DNA from: Mayamaea pseudoterrestris
Taxonomy: Eukaryota
NCBI GenBank assembly: GCA_027923505.1
Contig: BROI01000032.1
Location: 186,001-250,000, forward strand
Direction of reading: 5' to 3'
DNA: 64,000 bases
Below the pieces are notes generated by a model. It saw only the letters and a list, made by a program, of their open reading frames with translations, ran no database searches and was not told where the DNA came from. Made by a program: the position numbers and the translations under genes. How positions within the stretch are numbered: position 1 is the first letter of the stretch; every line of letters starts with the position of its first letter. Shown here piece after piece: positions 25,453-41,150 of this stretch.

Positions 25453-26147
25453 CTACTTGGTGGCCATTTCGAGCTGCTTAATGCGCGCCTCCAGTTCCGC
25501 AGACTTTTGCTTCTCCATTTCAAGCTCGACTCGGTCACGCTGAATCTCGCTGTCTTGCCGGTAATCTATCAAGTCGAAAAGTAAACGACAAAGTCAGTCT
25601 TGACTTATAACCTGTTATGTACATGACAATCACCGCAAAAGCCTATTGATTGCTTACCTCTCATTTGATCTCCGGCAGAGTTGATCGCACCAAGACCATA
25701 GCCCAATCCAAATCCACTGAAGGGACTCGAGTACCCATAGCCGCCATATCCGTATCCTGGACTGACAATAATGGGAGGCGAGGCGACCATGGGTCGCACA
25801 ATCGTCGTGGAGCGATACGTTGTCGACGACGCCGGACGAGCGGACGCTGGAGCGCGGTAGGCCCGTCCTCCCGCTCGACCGCCACTCCGAGCAGCGATTA
25901 ATGTCAGTGGAAGATTACTGATTGTGTTTTCCGTTAGAGCGAGCGCTGGATCACTGCTCAGCAAGAGACCAGTCGCCATCATGAGGCCGGCAGCAACGTT
26001 TCGAACCGACACGGCAGCTGATACAGCTTGTTCTTTGGCGGGCGCGACGGCTCGATTCGCCGTCGGTTTTGGCATTTTCTGAGAAAATCCCTGGACCAAG
26101 CCGACAATTATCAGCGAGGCGAGGACTGAGCGAGTGACAGATAGCAT
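25453..26147 (-). CDS. Plastid/thylakoid-targeted Gly/Tyr-rich protein with AARSGGRAGG motif and C-terminal coiled coil (exons 25658-26147, 25453-25565)
   Basis: Signal peptide ending VQG-F, transit region, second hydrophobic signal ending ALA. The intron at 25566-25657 gives the tail DYRQDSEIQRDRVELEMEKQKSAELEARIKQLEMATK. Confidence 0.7.
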
Positions 26148-26449
26148 GGTAATGGTATTGTTTGCTTGCTAAAGACGTGATGGTTTAGTTGCCGTTGCTC
26201 TGAGCTGTTGTTGAAGTCGGAACGATAGTCGCGCTTCAACGAGTGCCAGAACGACTCGATCAGCTATCGTTTGGCTAGCAATCCCATTCACTTGTGCACT
26301 CTCACTGATGTAAATATTGTCGCATCTTGTATACTAATTGTCGACTACCTCAATCAACGCATCAGCCATCCCTCTCTAGTCTTACGTGGAATATCTATCT
26401 GTACTAGATGCTCCTTGTAGCAGTATCCGATACCATCTGACGCAAGCAT

Positions 26450-27704
26450 CTACAGACTTCGGCTCGAGTTGACGCGACCTGACGGCCGAAACTTTTCTCG
26501 CAGGTGCGGGATCTTGGACACGACATGTTCATCGTAAGGTCGTTGCTCATCTGGCGAATGCGGTCGCGTCGGTGTTAGCGACAAAGGGCAACAACGAAGT
26601 ACAAGAAACCTTCTACTACTTACAATCAATGTGTACAAAACACCGTTCCACTTCTTCTCGAGACTCGATCGTGTATTGAAGTTCCATGCCAACATCGTGC
26701 GACTCGAACAGCAAGGTATTCTTGGGCATGACAACCTCAAGCTCGACCAAGTACTTTTTTCCAAAGTGGTACGCTCGCACCGTGTCGACTTCGACTCGCT
26801 CGTCAAACATGCTGGCCATTTCCTTTAGTTCTTCAATAAAATCATCAGGTGCAGCCTTGCCTGTCAAGTGCTGTATTTGCTCCTGTCCGGTTTGATACCA
26901 GGAGTAGATAATGTACAGAGAAATGATAATTGCACCCAGCGGATCAAGAAACCAAAGCGATTGACTGCGGAGCGAAAAGAGTAGTGCGATTGCAGCTACC
27001 GAGTTGGATAAGACATCGTTAAAGTGATCTTGGCTAAGAGCTTCAAGAGTTGGGTCGTTAATCTCCAGGAGCACTGCCTTGCTCGACTTTGGCAAATGTT
27101 TGTCGGCATAGGCAACAACAGCTCGGCGATTGGCTCCTCGGTGACAAACCCAAAGTAAACCCAGCTTGATCAATACCACGGCTGACATGGACCAGAAGCT
27201 GGCTAACGACGGCACGTCATCGAGATTCGTAGTGCGGTAGATTAGTTGAACGGCAGCTCGAGTCAGTACCTCGTAGGACGCCATACCCATTAACGCTGCG
27301 CATGTCAGCACGCCAATCGGCTCGAGTCGAGCTGCTCCGGCTGGATATAAATCGCTGCTCCGTTGTGTGGAGGAATGTTTTTCAGTGAAGGTAAGCACTA
27401 ATTGGGAAACAACATCCAGCAAGCTGTCTAGCAAGGAAGCGAGCACCGACAGACTAAAGGTCGAAAAGTAGGCAAAGACCTTGGTGATGGTTATAAGTAT
27501 ATTGACATAGAGACTCAGTCCCAAGGCTATCCTTCGGAGAGAAGGGAGGCGCAGAGGACCTACGTAAACAGGATCTTCTTCATCAATGGCTGAATGATGT
27601 GAAAGTGATGTGTCGTCGTCGGTGCTCGTGCCATATGGAACGTCATGATTTGAAGCGAGTGGGACACTTTCCTCTGTGTCTATAAAGCCGACATTTCTGC
27701 TCAT
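26450..27704 (-). CDS. Cation diffusion facilitator, Mn-CDF/MTP8-11-like (exons 26624-27704, 26450-26550)
   Basis: ASLLDSLLD, YPAG.ARLEPIG, QDHFNDV, DPLGAIIIS, DTVRAYHFG, ESHDVG, ERCFVHID^YE. The DxxxD motifs are characteristic of Mn-CDFs. Confidence 0.9.
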
Positions 27705-28910
27705 TGCATTGACTCTTTATGCACAGCAAAGACCTGATTGGATTAATGTCAGGAGTTCAATGGAGTGCCATTTCTGTTGTTGATGATGGCTGTCGAAATG
27801 TTTCGTGGTCGACGCGAAGCGCTGAGTTGCGGTACGACAGCATACTTGGATATTAGCTTGAAAGTGAGCAACTGTAATATTATATCGGTATGATAATCTG
27901 CTGCAATTTACTCCGTATACCATCCTTTGAGTCAAGATTTGTTATTTCTGCGCCTATTCACAACAACAGGCAACAGCAAACTTTGAAAGTGACTGTGTCT
28001 GCAATCATTCATCCAAAGGCCAGCTAGCTTCGAATTAAATAGTTGCGATCAACATGTACCAGTCATCCATTCAATTGGCAAGCCAACAGCAGACTTCTGT
28101 CCGGTACGGCAAGTTAATATCAGGCTTGGGACTTGCCGAGTCCGTAACCATGGATCCGGTTATGAACTTTAGCATTGACAACTGCTTTGGTGAAACTCCA
28201 CATTACCACCATCAGTATTGTATCGCGGTAGATACATGCCGGTGTATGCTCTACACTGTTTGCTGTCACTAGTAAGGGTCATCCAATAAAACAAAGCTTG
28301 TGTCCTAGACCCTTGGTGCAATGCTCGCAAAATTCGCCGCCGCAATTTGTGGGAAGTATTAGCTCGCCTTGCGTGATGCCGAAAAACGGATCTCACATGC
28401 GCGCCACCAGAATTTTCCTCCTCGACGCCACCGAATCGAGAATCACACTGTGCTATGTTAAGTGGTCAAAGAAGAGAATGACGTCATATTATGACGTCAT
28501 TCTATCGTCAGAAACGTATCTGCGCGCCAGCCTGTTCAGTGCCATCTCCCTCCGATCTCGAGCCGACGACGGTTTCGCGGCGGATGAAGGGAACTGTTTT
28601 CGGCCAACATCATCATCACTGGAATTCTTGCCAAGGTCTATTTGTCTCAAGCTTATTGACAAGCATCCTTGAGACCTGCAACTCAGATTAATTCTTGGGG
28701 CTGGGGGATCATATATCAGCAAGCCTGGAGCAGCTTTGTGTCGCTCGACCGCTGGAGGACGAGGTGCACCAACATCTAACAAATAACTCTCCACGAGTCC
28801 ACGACGGCACCTCCTTTGACTTGACCTGCTACACGAAGTCATATCGCTCATCGGCGACTTAATTATTAACTATCTCGGCTATTTACTTAAAGCTTTTAAC
28901 CTTTCTTGCC

Positions 28911-31141
28911 ATGCAACGAGAAACTTCGAGGCAACCGGAGGCGTCAGCAAAAGACACACCAAAGTCGGATAAGGAACAGCGCAATGAATACGCGGCAGCA
29001 TCTCCCGCATTGTTGACAAGCCCTGACAATACGTCCAGGAAGAGAAACCTTCCAGGATTTACGAATCAAGCAGCCGGGACTTTGACGTCTCTCTTTTCGC
29101 CTGCTCGACACGAGCGCGAATCGGACGATGAGCAGCATCACCATGATATCTTTGCAAACATGCTTGATGGCAGCCGCATGTCGGACGACTTTCTACACTG
29201 GCCAATGCATGGATCGTTTGCCGATGACGAAGATACTTTTTCGCGCGAGAAGCTGGAAGCTACATGGCATCATTCACCAGACTGGGATCGATCTCATGAC
29301 GCACCTGCTGGCAGCAGTCAAGCGGATCTTGCGTCTGCAAATGCTAGAAAATTTGATGCGAATCTCTTATCGCCGCTCAAATTACAAGGATTGGCCGCTT
29401 CCGACGCGCCTGCAACTGCTTCCTCGACCAATGGAGCGTCGGCAAGCTTCGGGACGATTGCACGCAATGCATTCTCATCACCTGACAATAAGAACTACTC
29501 GCTACGGGAAACGTTTAACAGACCGAGCAATCTGCAGCTTTCTTCTCCTGGTCCGCAAATATTCAACGGTCATGGAAATGATAGGAACCTGGATGATCAA
29601 TCGACTTTCGTTGCCAAATTTCCGTCAACTGCGGAGGGCACTGCAACACTCTTTCCGAGTCGCACAACGACGGCTACAACTGAAGGCTCGCTTGTCTTAT
29701 CATCTCCGAGTTCATCATCGGGAGGTTTTTCTGATCATGAAAGTGACTCTATAGAACCTCGACAGCTTTATGATGGATCGCCACCATCCTCCATGCAAGT
29801 TACGCTCGGTCGGTCCTCACAGACCATGTTTGAACGAATCAACAGCAAACTTAAATCTAAATCGGATGATACCAAAATGGAAGTTTCTATACCTGATTCT
29901 TCAGCACCAAAACATGTACGCAAACCTTGGACACCAGCATGCCATGAAGGGTATCCTCAAGCGGCGTATTTGCATGATCCGCGGGTGCAGCAAGGCTTCA
30001 TGCCACCACCTCCGCCTCCTCCTCCCGTGCCGCCTCCAGTCGTAGCCGATGTCGCTATTTCCTACCGCCAGCAACCACCGGGACAAAAGGCATCCGTTGC
30101 ATCAAGCATGACTTCTTCGACGAAAGCATCAGCGCCGCTAGCAAATCTTACAACTCAGACAAAAGCAGCTTCGACGCCCGCACAGCCCAAGATTGTTGTG
30201 TCAGCCGATAGAAAGGACAAAGAAAATGGTCCGTCTACCGGTAGCAAGGATCAAAAATCTTCGCGAATCACGTGCAAATGCAAAAAATCGCGTTGCTTGA
30301 AAATGTACTGCGATTGCTTTTCAGTGAATGAGTTTTGCGACAGCTGCAAGTGCAACGACTGTCACAACTTGAGTACGCCGTTTTTCCAGCCCGCTCGAGA
30401 TGTCGCGATTAAAGAAGCTCTTTTAAAGAACCCGCACGCCTTTGAACCGCGAATAGACGTCAAGAGTCACAACATGGGATGTCGATGCAAAAAGAGCGAA
30501 TGCGTGAAGAAATATTGCGAGGTAAGTTACCGCAGCGTGACTGGCATATCGACTCTCGCTTCTTGTCCATGATCTCACTGTTTTCATCTTTCATCTCGTT
30601 CCAGTGTTTTCAAGCGCGAGTGCTGTGTACATCCAAATGCAAATGCACAGGCTGTCTTAATGTAGCTGGCTCTCAGCAGTTGATCGATAAGCGACGCAGG
30701 ATGAAGGATGCCGTCGGAGCGCAACTGGCCATGGAGGAATCCGAGAAGAAATGGAAAGCTCAAGGCCCTAGTCGAACCTCACCAAAGCCAGGCTCTACGT
30801 CGAAGCTGCCTTCTCCTGCAGTGCAAATGAGACACCATCCGCGGCCTTACTTTTACGAGAGTCCACATGATTCTATCCACGCTCATAGTCAATTTCCTCC
30901 AAACCATTACATGGGACATGCCATGCCATATCAATACCCACACATGCAGCACATGTTTATACCGTATGGAACTCCAAACGGCATTCCGCATCGCCATGGT
31001 TATGCGACACCGCAACTCCCGGCAACGTATCCTAATTATCGCGGCGAGCCGCCAACACTCGCCAGCAGATCTGACTCGCCATTGTTGACCACACGCCATA
31101 TCAATGAATCGCAATTAGGAAGAGGAGGTGCTAATGTTTAG
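28911..31141 (+). CDS. Tesmin/TSO1-like CXC (CRC) domain protein, LIN54-like (exons 28911-30521, 30605-31141)
   Basis: CKCKKSRCLKMYCDCF..C..CKCNDCHN, KNPHAF linker, GCRCKKSECVKKYCE^CFQARVLCTSKCKCTGCLN. Confidence 0.9.
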
Positions 31142-31334
31142 CTTTGCCATTTGTATATACAAACCGATGAAAACGGCTTTAATCCATACGGGCAAAGCTT
31201 AGGCGCGCTAATTAAAAAAAACACACACATACACCTGCAGTAACTTATGCAGATAGACTGCATTATATAAGTGAGTTTACTATATGATGTAGATAGCGCA
31301 ATGCATTCATCTCTAGTCCAATTACAATAAGATT

Positions 31335-31800
31335 CCATGGTAGTCACCCGAAATCTAGACAAAGATCCAATCCTATTAGGCGACGTGAGCCTTGTCAAGG
31401 ACAGGACCACACTGTGGGAATGGCCATCAGCGCAAGTTTTGGATTCATACCACTCAGACGCCCCAGGCCCTGACCACTCAACAACCCAATTACTCAGGCA
31501 AAACCTGTCCAGGGTGTGCCATTGACATGTGCAAAGTCTCAAATGGTGCAAAACGGACTGCCTGGAAGCCTACAACATTCGTACGGCCTAAACTGTGGGA
31601 ATGGCCACCACCACTCACATTGCAGGCTACTGAGACACCAGGCACGCATACCAATGTGTTGCGCAGCCTGAATGATGATGTTGGCACATGTACTTTGGGC
31701 ACATACATGGTTTGATGCGTGGGGGCTGAACAGATAGTTGAAACCTTCTCACCAGTCACATTGCAGCTACTGAGATACCAGCCAGGCATACCATCTTGTA
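31335..31800. repeat. CpG-poor intergenic block with two pairs of imperfect direct repeats; possible decayed mobile element or gene remnant
   Basis: actgtgggaatggcca at ~31411 and ~31592; cacattgcag(g)ctactgaga(c/t)acca at ~31616 and ~31757; no intact long ORF. Confidence 0.4.
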
Positions 31801-31807
31801 GCACAGA

Positions 31808-33049
31808 CTAAATAGTCGATGAATGTTCATACAAACTTGGCTTTGCTAACAAAACTGACCTACTTTCAGCTCGAATAATGACGCATGCCGCTCCAAGCAC
31901 TTCAATTGAAAGCTTTTCCGATGCAAATCCTCCCTTCTCCATCAACGCACGCAACTCTTCCGTCGAGCTAAAGTATTGAAAGGCTTGTCGACTCGGTCCA
32001 GCATCTTCTCCTGGCAATGTACGAAGGCTTGCAAAGTAGCTTGACAAGAATGTGGTCGCGAAATATCGACCACCTGGTCGTAGAACTCGATGAATCTCCG
32101 ACACGGCAGCTGGGAGATCAGGCCAGCAGTGCATGGCGGCACCGGCATGCAAGGCGTCAATCGAATCGTTTTGCATTGGTATCTGGCCAACGTCGAGTCG
32201 AATCAGCTGCAAATTGGATGGAGACTGCTTCTTCCATTGTCGGTCAATCCTTCTCTTTGCTTCCTGCAGCATGCTCTCCGAGTAATCGCATCCAAGAACC
32301 CGATCATACTTTTTGGATTCGGCAAATCGCCTTGTGAACAAGCCAGTGGCGCAAGACATGTCAACCAAAACCTTACGACTGTCGCGCGCCGCCATGGTAG
32401 GTGCAAAGTACTCCATGGCCATGTCGGCTTCTATATCAGGACCTGGAAAGCCAGCTTGCCGAAACCCTTGCCTCCAGCCGCGCTCATAGGCAAATGAAAC
32501 GGCAGGCGATGTGAACAAGTCGCGCATGGGGATGTAGTCCTGGTCGACGGCGGACCTCAATGGAGGCGGAATGAAGGGAGCCGTGTTTCGGAGAATATTG
32601 TTGTTGCCCTTGTTGCTGGCAGATGGTGACAATTCAACTTCTTTCACAGGTTCCAGTAAATTTATATATGAATCAGAGCTACCAGCAAAGGTTCGACTGC
32701 TGTCCTCGGAAGTAAGAGTATACTGAAGTCGTCGGCGAGAGGCGTCCTCCACAACGGGTGACGTCTTGACGTAAACCAAGAGTGGAGCTTTCGAAACTGG
32801 ATCTGCAAAGACGGAATCGACCGACGGTTTTGGACTCATCCAACCTAACAGCTTTGCCTTGGTCCTTGCCAAGTCGTCATGATCAGCAGCAGCAGCATTG
32901 GAGGTCGATTCTTGTTCATGTTCTTTGACAGACGAGTAGAGAACGCGAATTCTATGGCTCTGAAGCTGGGCCAAGTGAAATCCATGTGAGCGAACCAAAC
33001 ATGCTGCCAGTAATAGCAGTTGAGCTGCAAGAGACAGAGTAAATCTCAT
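31808..33049 (-). CDS. Plastid-targeted SAM-dependent methyltransferase (Methyltransf_11/UbiE-like)
   Basis: Signal peptide ending SHG-F; VSFAYERGWRQGF..GFPGPD.E; VDMSCATGLFTRRF; DYSESML; HAGAAMHCWP; RVLRPGG. Confidence 0.88.
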   Translation of the reverse strand: MRFTLSLAAQLLLLAACLVRSHGFHLAQLQSHRIRVLYSSVKEHEQESTSNAAAADHDDLARTKAKLLGWMSPKPSVDSVFADPVSKAPLLVYVKTSPVVEDASRRRLQYTLTSEDSSRTFAGSSDSYINLLEPVKEVELSPSASNKGNNNILRNTAPFIPPPLRSAVDQDYIPMRDLFTSPAVSFAYERGWRQGFRQAGFPGPDIEADMAMEYFAPTMAARDSRKVLVDMSCATGLFTRRFAESKKYDRVLGCDYSESMLQEAKRRIDRQWKKQSPSNLQLIRLDVGQIPMQNDSIDALHAGAAMHCWPDLPAAVSEIHRVLRPGGRYFATTFLSSYFASLRTLPGEDAGPSRQAFQYFSSTEELRALMEKGGFASEKLSIEVLGAACVIIRAESRSVLLAKPSLYEHSSTI

Positions 33050-33377
33050 GGTAAAAGGCGGCGGAAGAAGAAAAGTGATGGGTTGCGCTCACCTTTGGGA
33101 TCGATGAGTCACGCAGTCGGCGAGGGTCTGGATTCTTTGTGTCGCACAGGTTTCGGCCTAATTATCGTCGAAGCCATAGCATCGGTTGTTTGGGAGGGCA
33201 AAGATCCACACAGTAACCAGCTACACGGTGCTACAGTGTGTGGCCTTCTATATAATTATGTATGGTGTAGCAATCTTTTGAAATGTGTTAATTAAGTTTG
33301 TTGCGCACAACAAGCTGTAGCAACAGTAGTATTTTTGTTGCGCTGCCAACAACGAACATATAATCGTCACAGTGTCA

Positions 33378-33460
33378 GCTGACCAATGCCGACGGCTCTT
33401 ATTCGGTGATTTCGCACGATTGCTGACTAACGCCGACGGCACTTATTCGGTGATTTCGCA
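33378..33460. repeat. 44-bp-period tandem duplication spanning the zinc-knuckle gene stop codon
   Basis: gctgaccaatgccgacggctcttattcggtgatttcgca versus gctgactaacgccgacggcacttattcggtgatttcgca (36/39 identical). Confidence 0.9.
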
Positions 33461-35058
33461 TGCCGGTCATCATTTTGTCCCAACTTTCTCCCATTACCAT
33501 TACGCTCGCTCACCGAGGTTGAGCGGTTATGTCGACTCTGAGATTCGACGTTCCCGTGACGTCCCCGAGGAGGCGGCGGCATGCTTTGATTGCGACGATC
33601 GTTTGAGTTATCAAATCTTGTGTGCTGCCGTTGCTGCGACCTTCCTCTGCTGTCTTGCTGCTGCTGCTGCTGCTGTCGTCGATTGATTTCATCCTCCGCG
33701 TAGCTCCATGTTGCGGCTCGTTCCACTTCTGCAAGCCCAATCGTATCATTCCTTGAGCATTCGTCGACGCGCGGTCGATCGCATTGAAAACCTGCATGAC
33801 CCGTACGTCCACAGTTACAGCATGAAATCCCACTCAATCCAAAGTACCATTGCATGTCTCGGCACATGAAATGCCCCAGCGAGCCACAAATCATGCACAC
33901 TGCTTGGGCCGCAACATTCGTTTGATTGGCATAAAACGAACGACACTGCTCCTTGGTATGGCCCGAGTAGAAACAAATTGTGCACACCCTTCGCTGCGGC
34001 TGTCCCCGCGGCATGGTGCAGTCTCGCACCACATGCCCAGGAATGCCGCAGTTGAAGCAAATGTTACGCGTCGAACACTCACGAACGTCATGATCCGTCT
34101 GACTGCAGATACCACAAGGCTTGCGCAGTTGCTCGTTCGGACAGTCGTCAGCGTAGTGTCCCACTTGGCCGCAGCGGAAGCACTTTGTGGAAAGGTCCTT
34201 GGTGTAGTATCGTGACTGCGCTGCCGCGGCGGCGTTGCTGCTCATGGCACCGACAATGGTGTTCGCAGCCGTCAGACGCAGTTTGCGTCCATCTAGTTCC
34301 GTCAGCTTTTCAATGCATTTCAACCCGGCTGCTTCAGTGACAAAGGTTACAAACGCGCGACCCTTGTTGAGCGAGGTGTTTTGGTCGTCCATGACGAGAG
34401 TGAGAGCATGGATTTCGCCAAACTTGCGGCACGCCTTGTTGATCTTTTGCTCTGTCGTTGTGAACTTCAAGTTTGCTATTTTGATTTTGAAATAGTCGTT
34501 CGACTTGACAAAAGCTGCAGATCTTGTAGCTACCTGTAGCGCTGTAACTTCTGCTCCGTTGTCATCATCATCATCAAGCTCCATTTCATTTTCATCATCA
34601 GCCGCCGTTTCAATCTGCAGCGATACACCATGCCGACTGTCACGCTCCTTTTCGCGCTTTCCAAACTCGGAGAGAAATGTGCCATTGAGGGGAATGATTT
34701 CTGGAGTTTCAATGAGCTGTCCCTTGGGCCGATCTGGATCAAAGAGGCGAGCAGCCCATTTGGAGAGGCGATCCTTGGCAAGCTGGAATATGCGAGGCTT
34801 TTTTGCTTCTGCTTCCTCTTTATTTGCAATTGGTCTAGATCGCTTTTTGGTTAGCTTCTCTTTGGTTTGCTCAATAATTTCATCCACGTCGGCGTAAATG
34901 TCCTCTTCATTTTGGTCAACGAGCTGCGGCGCGACTCGCGATGTAGGTGCGTCGGCTTCTTGCAACGTTTCATGCTCAGCCGCTGTTCCAGTCGTGCCTT
35001 CCGATTGTATCGACCAGCCTCTTTGTCGCAACATTTCCTTCTTATTATTGTCGCTCAT
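33427..35058 (-). CDS. RRM + multiple CCHC zinc-knuckle protein (Air1/2, ZCCHC7-like)
   Basis: RNP2 IKIANL and RNP1 KGRAFVTF; six CxxC-x4-H-x(2-4)-C-type knuckles. Start assumed at ATG 35058. Confidence 0.8.
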   Translation of the reverse strand: MSDNNKKEMLRQRGWSIQSEGTTGTAAEHETLQEADAPTSRVAPQLVDQNEEDIYADVDEIIEQTKEKLTKKRSRPIANKEEAEAKKPRIFQLAKDRLSKWAARLFDPDRPKGQLIETPEIIPLNGTFLSEFGKREKERDSRHGVSLQIETAADDENEMELDDDDDNGAEVTALQVATRSAAFVKSNDYFKIKIANLKFTTTEQKINKACRKFGEIHALTLVMDDQNTSLNKGRAFVTFVTEAAGLKCIEKLTELDGRKLRLTAANTIVGAMSSNAAAAAQSRYYTKDLSTKCFRCGQVGHYADDCPNEQLRKPCGICSQTDHDVRECSTRNICFNCGIPGHVVRDCTMPRGQPQRRVCTICFYSGHTKEQCRSFYANQTNVAAQAVCMICGSLGHFMCRDMQWYFGLSGISCCNCGRTGHAGFQCDRPRVDECSRNDTIGLAEVERAATWSYAEDEINRRQQQQQQQDSRGRSQQRQHTRFDNSNDRRNQSMPPPPRGRHGNVESQSRHNRSTSVSERNGNGRKLGQNDDRHAKSPNKCRRR

Positions 35059-35564
35059 CGAATCCTTCGTACACAGTAATTGCGATTGGAGAAAGATAAT
35101 GGCATGTTTCGTCCAGCGATCGATGTTGTGATGAACGGTGGCAACAGTGGAAATGTCGCAGCAGCATTGCGAGTCGTAGCGGCAATGAAAGCAGTCATCC
35201 AATCACGCGCTGCGCGCCTGCTTCCATCATCCACAATCAGCAGCGCCACATTCTCTCGCACCACCATTGAGCTTCATCTGATCCCGTGCAACGACAGCAA
35301 GAAGAGAAAGCCAGCGTTTCATTGATATGTGCATTAAAGGCTGCCGATACATTTAGTGCTTATCTAGCATTCCGTCTGCGGAGAAGAAACGTTGCATTTA
35401 ATTTGAAAAGTCAATCGATCGACATCGTTCCTGACTGCCAAGCTGGATTTACTGGTTAAAGCAGCATTGATTGGCATACTTCAATTTATTGATAGGGACG
35501 TGAGCTCACTGCCGCTAGAAAACGACAAGCATTTGAATATACACCAACCATTAGAGCTTGCAAA

Positions 35565-37963
35565 ATGACTTCACCAGTCCGAAAACACCGATCCGTCCTT
35601 GACTATCCAAACGAACAGGAGCTGCGCGACGCCCTCGAGTCAACCTCGCACGCACCGGAACCAGACTGGAAGCTTCCCGTTCATGATCCATGCGCGGAGG
35701 AACAAACGGTCGAGTCAGAGCTTCAGCGTCTACTGACGCTCAAGTCGTATCTAGTGCTCGATGCCGCGCAGGAGGAGGCCTTTGACAGGCTCACGGAGGA
35801 GGCGCGGCGGATTTACAACGTTTCTACGGCATACATTTCATTGATTGATTTGGGACGAAAGTTTATTTTTGCTGGCATATATGGAGAAGGGCGAGATACG
35901 ACGCGAAATATATCGTTATGCGCGCATACGATTCTGGCAAAGGTGTGTTTGAAGTGTGACTGCTTGGCGAGTATCGTTTGTATTGCTAGCAACTCCATCC
36001 TCATTTCTTCCTTGTCACTCAACAGAATGAGCTATGTATTGTGGAAGATGCAACCAAGGATGACAGATTCCGAAACAATGAATTGGTCACCGGGCCGTCA
36101 CATTTACGTTTCTACGCAGCTGCGCCATTAGTCTCGCCGGAAGGCTATCGCATAGGCGCGTTTTGTTTAGAAGGAACCGAGCCACGACCTGGAGGTTTAT
36201 CGTACACTGAACGAGAAAAGCTTAAGGAGTTTGCAAACCAGGCCATGCAGCTCATGGTGGAACGCCGCAAGCTATTGCGCGATCGTCTTACCACTGCGCC
36301 AGAGAATTTGAAGCGACACGCTGCCGTTACGACCAACCTCGGCGGGCTCCTGTACAGATACGGGGACTGCGTATCCGCCATGAAACTGTTTCAAGAATCG
36401 GTGCAAACGTTAATGTTTATTGAAGAAGCAGAGGAAACTGGGTGTGATAGGGCATCGAGGGAGCGGCAGGAGGAAGCTAATGAACTTTACTTTGCGCTCA
36501 TGGCCTGCAGTGAAGGCCAGCGACTCGAGTTGATGGAGCGTTCAAAGGCTTTTGCAGATTCTGGTGTAAAACAGGACGAGCATGAAGCAGACTCACTGTT
36601 TGTTGAGCCAGACTGTCGCACTTGCGTAGTAGATGGAATTCCTGGATTGTTTGGACAAACTTCGACTCTTCGCGGATCCTCTGGCGTTAGTACACACCGA
36701 GTCGGTCTTGTCTTTGCGGAATCGTTTCAAATAGCAATGGAGGAGACGCAAGACAGAGTTGACTTTCGGAATTTTATCATTCCATTGGATCAGTGTTCGA
36801 AAGCGACCTTGTTTAACATGGGTATCATCCACTACCACTGGGGCAGCCCTGACACAGCACTGCAGTTTTTTGATCTTGCAGCGTCACTGTCCCAGTCGCA
36901 TACCCCTTTGGCATTTGATCCGGTTGTTCTTGGCTGCTTAAATAACATGGCTCAGATTCAAATACAGTACGGAAAGCCGAATGATGCCATGGAAATGTTA
37001 TCCGATGCTTTGGCTCGCGGAAATGCTGCATTGGTAGCTTTATACAAAGACGATAGGCCAGACTCTCCATCAATGGGGGGTCGCAATGAAGTATGTAGAG
37101 AACAAATTGACTATAGGAGTCGACGTTTGAGACGGAAATTGGCTCGCACCGTCATGAACATGGCTCACGTGCATTTTTTCAAATGCGATTTTGAAGCTGC
37201 CATGGGAGCGTGTATTGATGCAACGAGGCTGCTACATACAACGAGTATGGAGGATGCTGAAGCTGCAGCTGCGTGGTATAACATGGGAGTTCTTTATAAT
37301 TACAAAAATGATCGTTTGCAGGCCCTACATTATCTCGACAAATTTCTTGTTCTTGCGGAGGAATTGACGGGCCCATCGCATCAGATTGCCGAGGCGCTGC
37401 ATCGGAAGGGACAGCTTCTTTTTGAAATGGGGCAGCTTTACGAAGCTCTCAAACCATTGAATGAAGCGCTTAGGATACGGCGGTCAGGTTTTAGCAACGA
37501 CCCTTGTGCTGTTGGTGAAGACCTCTGCTTGATTGGAAAGGTCTATCAAGCTCGAGAGGAGTATGACTTTGCTCTTAGTGCGTTTCACGAAGGTATTGAA
37601 ATACTGAGGGCGAATTCCCCAGACGGCGAACTTACGCTTGATTCAGGCCAAGTGTTACTTGACATCGGACGCGCCTATCACACGCAAGGAAAGTTGCCAG
37701 AAGCATTGAAGGCGTATACGGAGGTCGCTGCTCTGGCGAGAAAATATTTTGGCGAGAACCATCCTTATGTTGCGCGCATCGTAAACATAATCGGCAACCT
37801 GCAGCTCGAATCTGGCGACGTTGGAGCGTCCGTAACGAGCTTTTCTGAAGCGATGAAGATCAACGAGGCGTCGGGGGTTCCTATGAATGCAAATGTTGTG
37901 AACGATCCTATGCTGACGGTGCAACGTCACGGGAATGGTGACAATGCACCTGGTGCTGCATAA
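35565..37963 (+). CDS. GAF-domain + TPR-repeat protein (exons 35565-35942, 36026-37963)
   Basis: GAF: FDRLTEEA..ISLID..SLCAHTIL^..VEDATKDDRF..LVTG..LRFYAAAPL..GYRIGAFCL. It is followed by kinesin-light-chain-like TPRs (FGENHPYVARIVNIIGNL). Confidence 0.85.
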
Positions 37964-38062
37964 TGCATCACGCAATTCTCTTTTGTAAATATTCGCTAAA
38001 AAGTTTATTGATCTACGGCCACCAGATCTTCCTCCCGTCAACATCACTAATTAGTTTCCCCC

Positions 38063-41150
<3,088 letters not shown>

